A stretch of 64,000 nt of DNA from an uncultured virus (IMG/VR IMGVR_UViG_3300025128_000023) (taxonomy: Duplodnaviria > Heunggongvirae > Uroviricota > Caudoviricetes). This document shows, one piece after another, positions 1-7,881 of this stretch. The notes under the pieces are model-generated. The model saw only the letters and a list, made by a program, of their open reading frames with translations. It did not search any database and had not been told where the DNA came from. The stretch lies in the IMG/VR virus record IMGVR_UViG_3300025128_000023, one strand, 5' to 3'. The stretch's first letter is position 1. Each line of letters begins with the position of its first letter. The position numbers and the translations under genes were made by a program.

Positions 1-250
1 GAAAGCCCTTTTCCCACTCCACAATATTATAGTTATGTGAAGAGTCATTTCCTTGTTCAATCTCATTTAAATAATATTGTTCTTCCTTTGCACTGGCTTC
101 AATGTTTTCATCAATTCTTTTATTTTGTGCCTCTAAGATGAAGTTATAAAAGCCCATAGCCATAATAAATTCCTCTTCATCTTGGTTGTTTCTTTCTTCT
201 ACTTTAGCATAATATTGCTCCCATAGTAAGTTGAAATCTAAATCTTTCAT
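1..250 (-). CDS. Hypothetical early protein, runs off the window edge
   Basis: Manual translation MKDLDFNLLWEQYYAKVEERNNQDEEEF..., open to position 1; not in the ORF track. Confidence 0.7.
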   Translation of the reverse strand, partial: MKDLDFNLLWEQYYAKVEERNNQDEEEFIMAMGFYNFILEAQNKRIDENIEASAKEEQYYLNEIEQGNDSSHNYNIVEWEKGF

Positions 251-270
251 TTTAATTGTTTTTTAGTGTT

Positions 271-332
271 AAATCTGACACCGAAAAAATCGGTGTTTCG
301 TAGGTGTTTAAACCTTTACTCATCGGAGATTT
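271..332 (-). ncRNA. Type I hammerhead ribozyme (core variant CCGAUGA)
   Basis: Minus strand reads AAAUCU-CCGAUGA-GUA(AA)GGU UUAAAC ACCUAC-GAAA-CACCGA UUUUU UCGGUG-UC-AGAUUU. Stems I, II and III pair; GUC cleavage triplet present. Confidence 0.8.
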
Positions 333-333
333 T

Positions 334-822
334 TTAACTTCTTTCAATTATTTCATCCTCGACTTCTTTTATTAGTTCTTCGGTTATTCTTTGCCCTCTA
401 AAATCACAGATGGCTTTGAGATTATACATCAATTCTTGCCCTCTCCAATATGCATAATGATTTACTAATTTTTCGGCATTGTCAAAGGTGTTGTTTATCT
501 CTCCAAAGTTTTCTTTTTCTTGCTCTTGGCAATATGTAATTAAATCGAATGTATTTAGATTATTTTCTTTTATAAATTGCTCGGCTTGATAATAGCCAAT
601 AATAAAATAATCTTCATTAAATAAATGATGGTGCAAGTCATCAAAATATTGCCCCTCATAATTTTCGATATTATCGGCAATATGATTAATTAAATCTAAG
701 TCGGCTTCTTGTGTGTGTGCATTCATATTAATTGTTGTTTGTGTTGGTTCTACTTTTGGAAATCTTTTTGCTATATATTTTTTTAGCTCTTCCCCTTTTA
801 ATTCTGTTGTTAAATTACTCAT
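334..822 (-). CDS. Acidic early protein, possibly Ocr (T7 gp0.3)-like antirestriction DNA mimic
   Basis: Acidic; DDLHHHLFNEDYFIIGYY resembles the Ocr DDLH...HYY segment; first substantial gene after the early promoter. Confidence 0.45.
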   Translation of the reverse strand: MSNLTTELKGEELKKYIAKRFPKVEPTQTTINMNAHTQEADLDLINHIADNIENYEGQYFDDLHHHLFNEDYFIIGYYQAEQFIKENNLNTFDLITYCQEQEKENFGEINNTFDNAEKLVNHYAYWRGQELMYNLKAICDFRGQRITEELIKEVEDEIIERS

Positions 823-956
823 AGTTATAAATTTAAATTGTTAATAAAGTTTTCTAATTCTTGGCAGTTATTTTGAATGGTTGCAAGTTCCATTTCATAA
901 GATAAATTTTTCATAATGTGTTATAATTAAGTTTTAATTAATTTCTATTTCTGTTC

Positions 957-964
957 CAAAACTA
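957..964 (-). promoter_or_regulatory. Bacteroidota sigma70 -7 element (TAGTTTTG) for leftward early genes
   Basis: Matches TAnnTTTG on the minus strand in an AT-rich intergenic region. Confidence 0.55.
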
Positions 965-1135
965 TGAATAACAATCGGAATAAAAAAATTTATTTCTATT
1001 TTATTTCTAAATTAATTTATAAGTGATTGAGTTACAGCTGTTTATGTCATCAAAAATAGATCTAAAATGGGGTTAATTTGTTTGGGTTTTGTGGGTGTCG
1101 GTGTGGGGTTAAGAGATTCCTCTCTGTGTTTGTGT

Positions 1136-1169
1136 GGGGTGTAAGTGGGGGAAGGTGGGAGAATGGGGG
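1136..1169 (+). other. Canonical G-quadruplex-forming motif in the divergent non-coding region
   Basis: GGGG-tgtaagt-GGGGG-aaggt-GGG-agaat-GGGGG. Confidence 0.5.
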
Positions 1170-1398
1170 AAGGTTAGCCGATAATGAGAGGGAAGGAGAG
1201 CAACAACAAGAGCAGACAAGAGGAGAAGGGAGGAGAGGCAAGGAGGAGGAGGGCAAAAGTTGAAAAAGTTGCAGAAAAAATTTTAAATAGTCGAGGGGGT
1301 AGGCAAAAAAAATCGGTTTTCGATTGGGGGGGTGGCGACTGTAAACCCATATATAACCCTCAACCCCTATGTATCTGAACACATAAAAATATTTTTAG

Positions 1399-1406
1399 TA
1401 TCTTTG
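1399..1406 (+). promoter_or_regulatory. Bacteroidota -7 promoter element TATCTTTG
   Basis: Consensus match 15 nt upstream of ATG 1422. Confidence 0.7.
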
Positions 1407-1421
1407 TTCAAAACGAAAGAC

Positions 1422-1637
1422 ATGGCAATGAAAAACGCAACATACTTTAACAATGGTCTTTATATAAAAGATGGCAGATTGGTAAACTACCAAATGGATC
1501 CAGGAATGACTGGAATTAGCCAAGCATCATTGTATAGAAAACAAATGAAAAAACAATATAAGATAGATTGTATCGCAGATGGTATCGAAAGAGCCAAGAT
1601 GAGAATGGATGGCGATAAAAATATCTTTGAGTATTAA
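1422..1637 (+). CDS. Hypothetical protein
   Basis: ORF; start moved to ATG 1422, downstream of the promoter. Confidence 0.7.
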   Translation: MAMKNATYFNNGLYIKDGRLVNYQMDPGMTGISQASLYRKQMKKQYKIDCIADGIERAKMRMDGDKNIFEY

Positions 1638-1676
1638 AAAGAAATTCCCAATTGTTCTGTTTTGATTATTTGTGAG

Positions 1677-1705
1677 AGAGGTTCTAATGAACCTCTTTTC
1701 TTTTT
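1677..1705 (+). terminator. Rho-independent terminator
   Basis: AGAGGTTC-TAAT-GAACCTCT followed by a T-rich tract. Confidence 0.7.
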
Positions 1706-1711
1706 GTACCT

Positions 1712-1907
1712 ACTTCAACACTATATCCCAACTTCAACACACTTCAACACTAAATCAACACATCATAACTTACTCTATTTCAGTATATTATATTATTTGT
1801 GTTAGTTGTGTTGAAAAAAACATTAAATTTGTAGACAAGTAACAATATATAATATAGAAAATACTATAGTGCAAAAAAAAAGGACAAACATTAACACAAT
1901 CAACACA
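1712..1907. repeat. Iteron-like TCAACAC/GTGTTGA array, origin-like element copy 1
   Basis: ACTTCAACAC at 1712, 1731 and 1741; TCAACAC 1755; GTGTTGA 1808; TTAACACAATCAACACA 1891-1907. Confidence 0.65.
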
Positions 1908-1961
1908 GATATTAAAATAATATATGTATCTTTACTTCATTATAATTAAATAAAATCTTAA

Positions 1962-3599
1962 ATGAGCAACCAAGGATATATCCCTAAAGACTTAACCTTT
2001 GATAGCAAAGGCAGACAAAAGCTAATTGAAGGAATCACCAAAATTTCCAAAGCAGTTAAGAGTACACTCGGCCCACGCGGGAAGACAGTGTTAATAGAAT
2101 CCCCTGATCACTTAGGAGGAATTACAATTACTAAGGATGGAGTGACTGTTGCTAAAAGTATTTACTTAGACGATCCAGTTGAGAACCTATCAATTCAAAT
2201 GATGAAGGATGCAGCCAACCGAACCGCAAGTGTTGCAGGTGATGGGACAACAACTGCTATTGTTTTGACTGAGGCTTTGATAAAAGCTGGTAACATTCAC
2301 ATTACTCCCGATATGAATACCACTGAAGTGATTCGACACATAAACAAAGTCAGTGAGTATATACTTTCAGTATTGAAACGAAGAGCAGTCGATGTAGATG
2401 ACAAAGCATTAGTAGAGGTTGCAAGTATATCAGCTAACAATGATGTAGAGATTGGTGAGATAATTAGTAAAGCATATGAAAAAGTTGGGAAGCATGGAAT
2501 CGTTACAGTTGAAAAGTCTATGACTTCGGAAACATATGCGGAAGTTACTAATGGAATTAAAGTAGATAGAGGATATACATCCAACCTATTTATAAACGAC
2601 CAAAGAAAAGATGAATGTATACTTGAAGATGTAAAAGTTTTAGTGTGTGATACTGAGATTAGCAACATACTACAAATTGAAACTATACTTAAACCAATCA
2701 TTCAACAAAATCAAAAGCTACTTATCATTGGACAATGCTCACAAAATGTAATAAACACTTTGGCCGCGAATGTTGTTCGTAATGGCTTGAAGCTATGTAA
2801 TATTATTCCACCAAACTTTGGATATAAGAAAAATGAATTAATGCAAGACATTGCAGTATCAGTAGGTGCTAAGTATTTTTCAGAATCTACTGGTGATGAC
2901 TTGAGTTTGATTACACCCAACGACCTGGGATATGCAGATAAAATTATTGTAGGTAAAGAATCATCAGTAATAATTAAACACAATCAACTTACTGAAGAAA
3001 TAAAACAAAGAATAGAAGAACTAAAAGAACAACAAGAAAACACAAAGCATAATGAAGAAAAGAAATTTATCAATGAAAGGATCGCAAGTCTTAGTGGTGC
3101 AATTGGTTGTATTTATGTTGGAGGTAACAGTGATGTAGAACAAAAAGAAAAATTTGACCGAGTCGATGACTCGGTATGCGCTGTCAAATCTGCACTTGAT
3201 GAAGGTATCATCGCGGGTGGAGGAATAGCCTTGTGGGAAATTGCCGATGGACTTGGTGGAGTTGCACCTTTAGATAAAGACAAGGAAGCATCTAAAGAAG
3301 AAAAGGTTGCATACCACATAATGCATGAAACTATAAGAACCCCTTTAATTCAGATATTAGAAAATGCAGGTAAGGATTATAGTAAGATAACCAACGAGTT
3401 TAAAAAAGCAAAAAACAAAAACAAGATATGTTATGGATATGATGCCAAGAACGAAAAGTATGGAAACATGTTTAAGTTAGGAATCATCGATCCTTTAAAA
3501 GTAACCAAGAATGCATTAATAAATGCAGTCAGTGTAGCGACTACTATACTATCTACGAATGCTATAGTAACTCATGCACGAATAAACCAAAAGAAATAA
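1962..3599 (+). CDS. groEL: Chaperonin GroEL (Cpn60)
   Basis: TLGPRG, ITKDGVTVAK, AGDGTTTA and GIIDPLKVTK motifs; no GGM tail. Confidence 0.97.
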   Translation: MSNQGYIPKDLTFDSKGRQKLIEGITKISKAVKSTLGPRGKTVLIESPDHLGGITITKDGVTVAKSIYLDDPVENLSIQMMKDAANRTASVAGDGTTTAIVLTEALIKAGNIHITPDMNTTEVIRHINKVSEYILSVLKRRAVDVDDKALVEVASISANNDVEIGEIISKAYEKVGKHGIVTVEKSMTSETYAEVTNGIKVDRGYTSNLFINDQRKDECILEDVKVLVCDTEISNILQIETILKPIIQQNQKLLIIGQCSQNVINTLAANVVRNGLKLCNIIPPNFGYKKNELMQDIAVSVGAKYFSESTGDDLSLITPNDLGYADKIIVGKESSVIIKHNQLTEEIKQRIEELKEQQENTKHNEEKKFINERIASLSGAIGCIYVGGNSDVEQKEKFDRVDDSVCAVKSALDEGIIAGGGIALWEIADGLGGVAPLDKDKEASKEEKVAYHIMHETIRTPLIQILENAGKDYSKITNEFKKAKNKNKICYGYDAKNEKYGNMFKLGIIDPLKVTKNALINAVSVATTILSTNAIVTHARINQKK

Positions 3600-3600
3600 T

Positions 3601-3756
3601 ATGCCAATACACAATTACATTTTCGACTCTTATAGACAAGAAGTAAAAAAGATTAACGAAGCTATTGAACTTTTAGAAAACCATGGATATATGGTTTATA
3701 ATAAAGATAAAAAATATGACTCCCATAGGAAAGTATATAGTAATTCAGAAGATTAA
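3601..3756 (+). CDS. Small hypothetical protein (51 aa)
   Basis: MPIHNYIFDSYRQEVKKINEAIELLENHGY...; ATG directly after the groEL stop. Confidence 0.5.
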   Translation: MPIHNYIFDSYRQEVKKINEAIELLENHGYMVYNKDKKYDSHRKVYSNSED

Positions 3757-3973
3757 CGAAGAAAAGAAAACAAAGTCAGGACTGTTACTTTCATCAGAAG
3801 ATGTTGAATCCTTTAGATATCAAAAAGGACAAGTAGTAAAACCTGGTACTGATGTTTCTGTTATTAATGAAGGAGATGTTATATTCTATGATAAAGCCGC
3901 TGGTCACAGCATGTTTATCAAGGATGAAACATTTACTATTATTTCTGAGAGAGATGTCGTTGTTGTTTTATAG
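3716..3973 (+). CDS. groES: Co-chaperonin GroES (Cpn10)
   Basis: MTPIGKYIVI...KTKSGLLL...GQVVKPG...GDVIFY...ISERDVVVVL. Confidence 0.9.
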   Translation: MTPIGKYIVIQKINEEKKTKSGLLLSSEDVESFRYQKGQVVKPGTDVSVINEGDVIFYDKAAGHSMFIKDETFTIISERDVVVVL

Positions 3974-4415
3974 TATTGTTTAAATCTTTTATAAAGTTTT
4001 TAAATACCTTTTGCATATAACTTGCATCATGTTTAAATAATGGATTAGTTGACTCAGGTATCTCTTCACCATTCAACTTCTTATATACACTATTAATCAT
4101 TCGTTTCGCTTTATATGTTAACTCATATAATGTAGTTTCGTTACCAGTTCTCTTTCTCCAAACATGAATCCAACCATCTCGTAATAACATACGAAACCTT
4201 TTCTCATCCCAGGACATTAATTCATTATATTCTTCAAACTTAGTTTTATTAAAAACTTGTTCACTATATAAGAATAATAACATATCTAAATCAGGTGTAC
4301 CAATACCATAAGTAGCTTTTACCCAAAACCTTACAACCCTCCAATACTTGAGATAATCGTGATCTGGAGTCACACGAGCTTGTGCTTTTCTGATGTGAAG
4401 ACCCTTAAATTTCAT
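3939..4415 (-). CDS. Putative winged-helix (MarR-like) DNA-binding protein
   Basis: LDMLLFLY...LLRDGWIHVWR...LYELTYKAKRMI pattern. Confidence 0.5.
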   Translation of the reverse strand: MKFKGLHIRKAQARVTPDHDYLKYWRVVRFWVKATYGIGTPDLDMLLFLYSEQVFNKTKFEEYNELMSWDEKRFRMLLRDGWIHVWRKRTGNETTLYELTYKAKRMINSVYKKLNGEEIPESTNPLFKHDASYMQKVFKNFIKDLNNTIKQQRHLSQK

Positions 4416-4429
4416 TAAACTAAATTATA

Positions 4430-4437
4430 TATCTTTG
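4430..4437 (+). promoter_or_regulatory. -7 promoter element TATCTTTG
   Basis: Consensus match upstream of the basic-protein cluster. Confidence 0.7.
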
Positions 4438-4463
4438 TAAAGATACAAACAAAAAAATAAATC

Positions 4464-4832
4464 ATGGGTGTAAGGGTTAGACCAAAACGAACAAAAAGCG
4501 CGTCAAAGCGAATAGACAAATTAAGCAAAAAGATTAACAAATCTAATGTTAAAGGGAAAGTCAAACGTGCAACCCGACTTGCCAAAAGACAAGCTAAAAT
4601 AGTTAAGACTGGAAAAAGAGGAACTGGAAGAGCAGTTTCTAAAGTTAAAAAGGCAGTTAAAAAAATTCAAGGAAGTAAACTTGGTAAAATTGTTACTGCT
4701 GCATCTAAAGTTTATAGCAATGTAAAGAAAGGTAAAGTTAAAGGAGTTATAGATTCAGGAAAAAAATTAGTTTCTGCAGTTAAGTCAAAAAGAAGTTACC
4801 CTAAAAAAAGAAAGACTCGTAAAAGAGCATAA
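4464..4832 (+). CDS. Lys/Arg-rich small basic protein
   Basis: ORF with extreme K/R content. Confidence 0.8.
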   Translation: MGVRVRPKRTKSASKRIDKLSKKINKSNVKGKVKRATRLAKRQAKIVKTGKRGTGRAVSKVKKAVKKIQGSKLGKIVTAASKVYSNVKKGKVKGVIDSGKKLVSAVKSKRSYPKKRKTRKRA

Positions 4833-4837
4833 ATAAA

Positions 4838-5134
4838 ATGGCAACAAAAAGAAATTCAAGAGTAATTGCTCGTAAAGTAAAAGCCACAAGGCGTAAGTAT
4901 AATAAGGTTAAAAAGAGTGAATCTAAAATTGCAAAAAAAGCTTCAAAACTTTTAAAACAATTAGGACCTAAGAAATATGAAAAGCTAAGAACAAGTAATG
5001 TTAAAGGATTAAGTAGTGGTCAAAGAAAAAGTGTAACTAAAATAAATGCACTTGCAAAAAAGAATGCTCGAAAGAAAAAAGCAATTAAAAGAAAAGAAGT
5101 TAAAATTAATAAAAGACTAAGTAGAAAAAAATAA
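4838..5134 (+). CDS. Lys/Arg-rich small basic protein
   Basis: ORF with extreme K/R content. Confidence 0.8.
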   Translation: MATKRNSRVIARKVKATRRKYNKVKKSESKIAKKASKLLKQLGPKKYEKLRTSNVKGLSSGQRKSVTKINALAKKNARKKKAIKRKEVKINKRLSRKK

Positions 5135-5140
5135 AAAATC

Positions 5141-5488
5141 ATGAGCGACTATATACTAAAAGCTAAAAATAAAAAGAAAAAAGTAAAAGGTACGAAGAGG
5201 CGACAATACAAGAAATCGGTTACTAAATCACTTGACTCAAGAACTAATAGGCTTGAAAAAAGAAAGAACAAATATCCTTCTAAAGGTCGCTTAATTTCAC
5301 AACCTGGAAGTAAAACAAAATCTAAGATAGTTACAACTAAAAGAGCAGCAAGACTTAAAAAAAGAGCACAAGGTAGACCTTTAAAGAGAAAACTTAGCAC
5401 TGTAGGTCAAAGAGTAAAGAGAGTTGCAAAGAAAGCGGTAAGAAAAGTTGTAAGAGGTATGGGAAGTAAAACCAAAAGAAAAAAATAA
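5141..5488 (+). CDS. Lys/Arg-rich small basic protein
   Basis: ORF with extreme K/R content. Confidence 0.8.
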   Translation: MSDYILKAKNKKKKVKGTKRRQYKKSVTKSLDSRTNRLEKRKNKYPSKGRLISQPGSKTKSKIVTTKRAARLKKRAQGRPLKRKLSTVGQRVKRVAKKAVRKVVRGMGSKTKRKK

Positions 5489-5520
5489 ATAACTAATAAA
5501 TAACTAATAAATATAACACA

Positions 5521-5751
5521 ATGGCTGATAGAGTAACAAGAATATTGCGTAGATCCGATAGAATCGGTAATCGTGCATACAAAGCTGCCAGTAAAGGCAA
5601 AAGCAGAAAAGCAGATAGACTTAGAAGAAAATCTTCTAAAGTAGCGGCTAAAGCAAGAGGGGTAGCATGTAAAATCAATGCAAGAGGAAAAAAGGTTTGT
5701 AGAAAAAGCAGAAGAAACAATAATAGAGGATTTAACCCTCGTAAATACTAA
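5521..5751 (+). CDS. Arg/Lys-rich small basic protein
   Basis: ORF with extreme K/R content. Confidence 0.8.
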   Translation: MADRVTRILRRSDRIGNRAYKAASKGKSRKADRLRRKSSKVAAKARGVACKINARGKKVCRKSRRNNNRGFNPRKY

Positions 5752-5888
5752 TGGCAAGAAAGATAGTTAACAATTATAAAGTTACGCCACATAAAAAAAG
5801 ACCAGGAGTCCACAGTAAAAACCGATTTACTAAACAAGTTGGTGGAAAGTATTACAGTGGTAGATTATATCGTGGTCAAGGAAGATAA
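5751..5888 (+). CDS. Small basic protein (45 aa, ends YRGQGR)
   Basis: Manual translation MARKIVNNYKVTPHKKRPGVHSK...LYRGQGR; TAATG coupling to the upstream gene. Confidence 0.7.
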   Translation: MARKIVNNYKVTPHKKRPGVHSKNRFTKQVGGKYYSGRLYRGQGR

Positions 5889-5899
5889 AAAATAAAGTT

Positions 5900-6109
5900 A
5901 TGAGTGAAAGATGTAAAATTCAAGTATTAGGAAAAGACCCTAACGATTCTAAAAGACCTGCAAGGTTTTCTGATGATCCTAAAGTTAGAAGAAAACAAAA
6001 AATGGATTTAGCTGCATGTAGAAAAGGAAAGAGAGAAGATCTATTGAAGAAAGGTAAAGATAAAGTAAACGAGTTGTTTAACAAGAAAAAAGACTCGATA
6101 GATGGCTAA
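5900..6109 (+). CDS. Small basic protein
   Basis: ORF in a tightly packed operon. Confidence 0.7.
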   Translation: MSERCKIQVLGKDPNDSKRPARFSDDPKVRRKQKMDLAACRKGKREDLLKKGKDKVNELFNKKKDSIDG

Positions 6110-6302
6110 AAAAGAAAACCCATGTAAAGGCAAGAAAAAAGGAACTAAAGAGTTGCTTACTTGTCAATATAACAATAAAGTTATTTCTCAAAAGAAGTAT
6201 ATAAGAAAAATGAGAAAAATAACTGGAAAGAAACAAAGTCTTGCAGATATGAGTGGAATTAACTACACTATCTCTGGACAAGCCCTGAGAGGAAAAGAAT
6301 AA
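6102..6302 (+). CDS. Small basic protein
   Basis: ORF overlapping the previous stop. Confidence 0.7.
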   Translation: MAKKENPCKGKKKGTKELLTCQYNNKVISQKKYIRKMRKITGKKQSLADMSGINYTISGQALRGKE

Positions 6303-6308
6303 ATTAAC

Positions 6309-6316
6309 TATATTTG
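6309..6316 (+). promoter_or_regulatory. -7 promoter element TATATTTG
   Basis: TAnnTTTG match in an intergenic gap. Confidence 0.6.
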
Positions 6317-6340
6317 TATAAACATTAAAAATTAGAAATT

Positions 6341-6538
6341 ATGGCACAAGGTTATAATGCAAGACTTGATGAATCATTAGGTGGAAGACACAAAGGTAAG
6401 CACAAACAATCCTTCAAAGATAGAAGAGATGAAAGTAAAGCAATGTCTAAGAAAAAGTATGGACATGCATATGGAGCTGATAAAGGAATGTCTTACAGAC
6501 ATAAGTCCACTTGGAAGGCTCACAGTTTTAAAAGATAA
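6341..6538 (+). CDS. Small basic protein (MAQGYNARLDESLG)
   Basis: ORF. Confidence 0.75.
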   Translation: MAQGYNARLDESLGGRHKGKHKQSFKDRRDESKAMSKKKYGHAYGADKGMSYRHKSTWKAHSFKR

Positions 6539-6543
6539 ATAAA

Positions 6544-6729
6544 ATGGCAACAGGTTTCCCACAAATCAAAAAATCAAGACAAGGTGCATTTACATCTTGG
6601 GCGAAAAAAAATGGATTCAAAGATGCGTGTAGTGCGGCTAATGCAGTCATGAAGAAAAAAGACAAATATTCTTCAAAGGTTGTTTCAATGGCCAACTATG
6701 CAAAGAACTTTGGATGCAGTATGAAATAA
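6544..6729 (+). CDS. Small basic protein
   Basis: ORF (GAFTSWAKKNG...ANYAKN). Confidence 0.75.
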   Translation: MATGFPQIKKSRQGAFTSWAKKNGFKDACSAANAVMKKKDKYSSKVVSMANYAKNFGCSMK

Positions 6730-6744
6730 CTTAAATTTAATTAC

Positions 6745-6945
6745 ATGGCGAAAACTAAAAAACCAGTTTCGAAAAAAAAGGCAGTGGTAAAAAAACCAGT
6801 GGCTAAAAAAGAAACAAAAAAGAAAATAGTAAAACAAAAGGCGGAGATCAACATCAAAGCTGGACCAGTGCATGTAGCATATGTTCCAAGAAGAATTGAT
6901 AAGTTGCCTCCACCAGAAGTATATTTAAAAAAACAAAATGGGTAA
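6745..6945 (+). CDS. Small basic protein with histone-H1-like N-terminus
   Basis: KKPVSKKKAVVKKPVAKK. Confidence 0.7.
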   Translation: MAKTKKPVSKKKAVVKKPVAKKETKKKIVKQKAEINIKAGPVHVAYVPRRIDKLPPPEVYLKKQNG

Positions 6946-7081
6946 ATTATTTGTAAAATTAGGACTATGGATTCAAAACTCTTGGATAAAATTATTATGC
7001 AAGTGGAATTGGTTAGTCTCAAAATTAATAGTTGACGTACAAACTTGCCCAGTGGCAGAGTGCGTTTGTAAAAAAAAATAA
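6938..7081 (+). CDS. Small amphipathic Trp/Cys-rich peptide (47 aa)
   Basis: Manual translation MGKLFVKLGLWIQNSWIKLLCKWNWLVSK...CPVAECVCKKK. Confidence 0.55.
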   Translation: MGKLFVKLGLWIQNSWIKLLCKWNWLVSKLIVDVQTCPVAECVCKKK

Positions 7082-7082
7082 A

Positions 7083-7238
7083 ATGAAATCAAGAGGCTTA
7101 GGCGATAGTATAGAAAAATTTACAAAAGCAACAGGAATTAAAAGTGTTGTTAATAGAGTAAGCAAAGCAACTGGAAGCGATTGCGGTTGTGATAAAAGGA
7201 GAGATACATTAAATAGAGTTTTTCCTTATGATAGATAA
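7083..7238 (+). CDS. Small phage protein (GLGD...DCGC type)
   Basis: MKSRGLGDSIEKFTKATGIK...DCGCDKRRDTLN; start moved to ATG 7083. Confidence 0.75.
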   Translation: MKSRGLGDSIEKFTKATGIKSVVNRVSKATGSDCGCDKRRDTLNRVFPYDR

Positions 7239-7268
7239 AGAGATTTTTAACCCTCTAAATAAATAAAA

Positions 7269-7802
7269 ATGGCATATCCAAAAATAACGGTTAACACCAA
7301 CAAAGCACTTGCGGTTATAGCAAGTGATAATTATCCAATCCCTTCACCAAATGCAGTACAATTATCAGGTACAGCTTCTGCAACTACAGCAAATAAGTTA
7401 GTAGCAGCAGCATCTAATTTTAGTAATGTAGTTGTTGGGGATATTATATATAATACAACAGACAATACAGTTACACAAGTAACTGCAGTGGACAGTAATA
7501 CAACATTATCAGTAGATGATAATATTTTTGCTAACAATGAAAACTTTATTGTATTCCAAGCTGGACCTCACTTCGAACAAAGAATAGACTCATCAACTGG
7601 ATGTATTCTATATGTTGGAAGTAGTGAAGCTACTATGGATGTAGCAAAATCTTTTGTAGATGTAAAAGTAAAAACAGTAGGTGGAGATATAGTTACATTT
7701 AGTAACTTCCCAGTAGGTGATTACCTACCCCTACAAATTTTACACTTATATGCAACTGGCACAGATGCGGCAGCAGATAATAATTGTTTAGCAATCTGGT
7801 AA
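7269..7802 (+). CDS. Putative virion structural protein
   Basis: Beta-rich, small-residue composition; shares a domain with 30906..31919. Confidence 0.6.
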   Translation: MAYPKITVNTNKALAVIASDNYPIPSPNAVQLSGTASATTANKLVAAASNFSNVVVGDIIYNTTDNTVTQVTAVDSNTTLSVDDNIFANNENFIVFQAGPHFEQRIDSSTGCILYVGSSEATMDVAKSFVDVKVKTVGGDIVTFSNFPVGDYLPLQILHLYATGTDAAADNNCLAIW

Positions 7803-7881
7803 TAATAAATAAAATGAAATATACTCAAACAAACACTATAAGTGATAAAATAACATTTAACTATATATATGTAGAAAAGAA

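Noticed and set aside
1062..1382. ORFs 1062..1382(-), 1078..1263(+) and 1184..1378(+)
   Set aside because: Low-complexity by-products of the G/purine-skewed non-coding island
1712..1761. Possible CRISPR mini-array
   Set aside because: Repeats are only 7-10 nt with irregular 0-9 nt spacing; no cas genes
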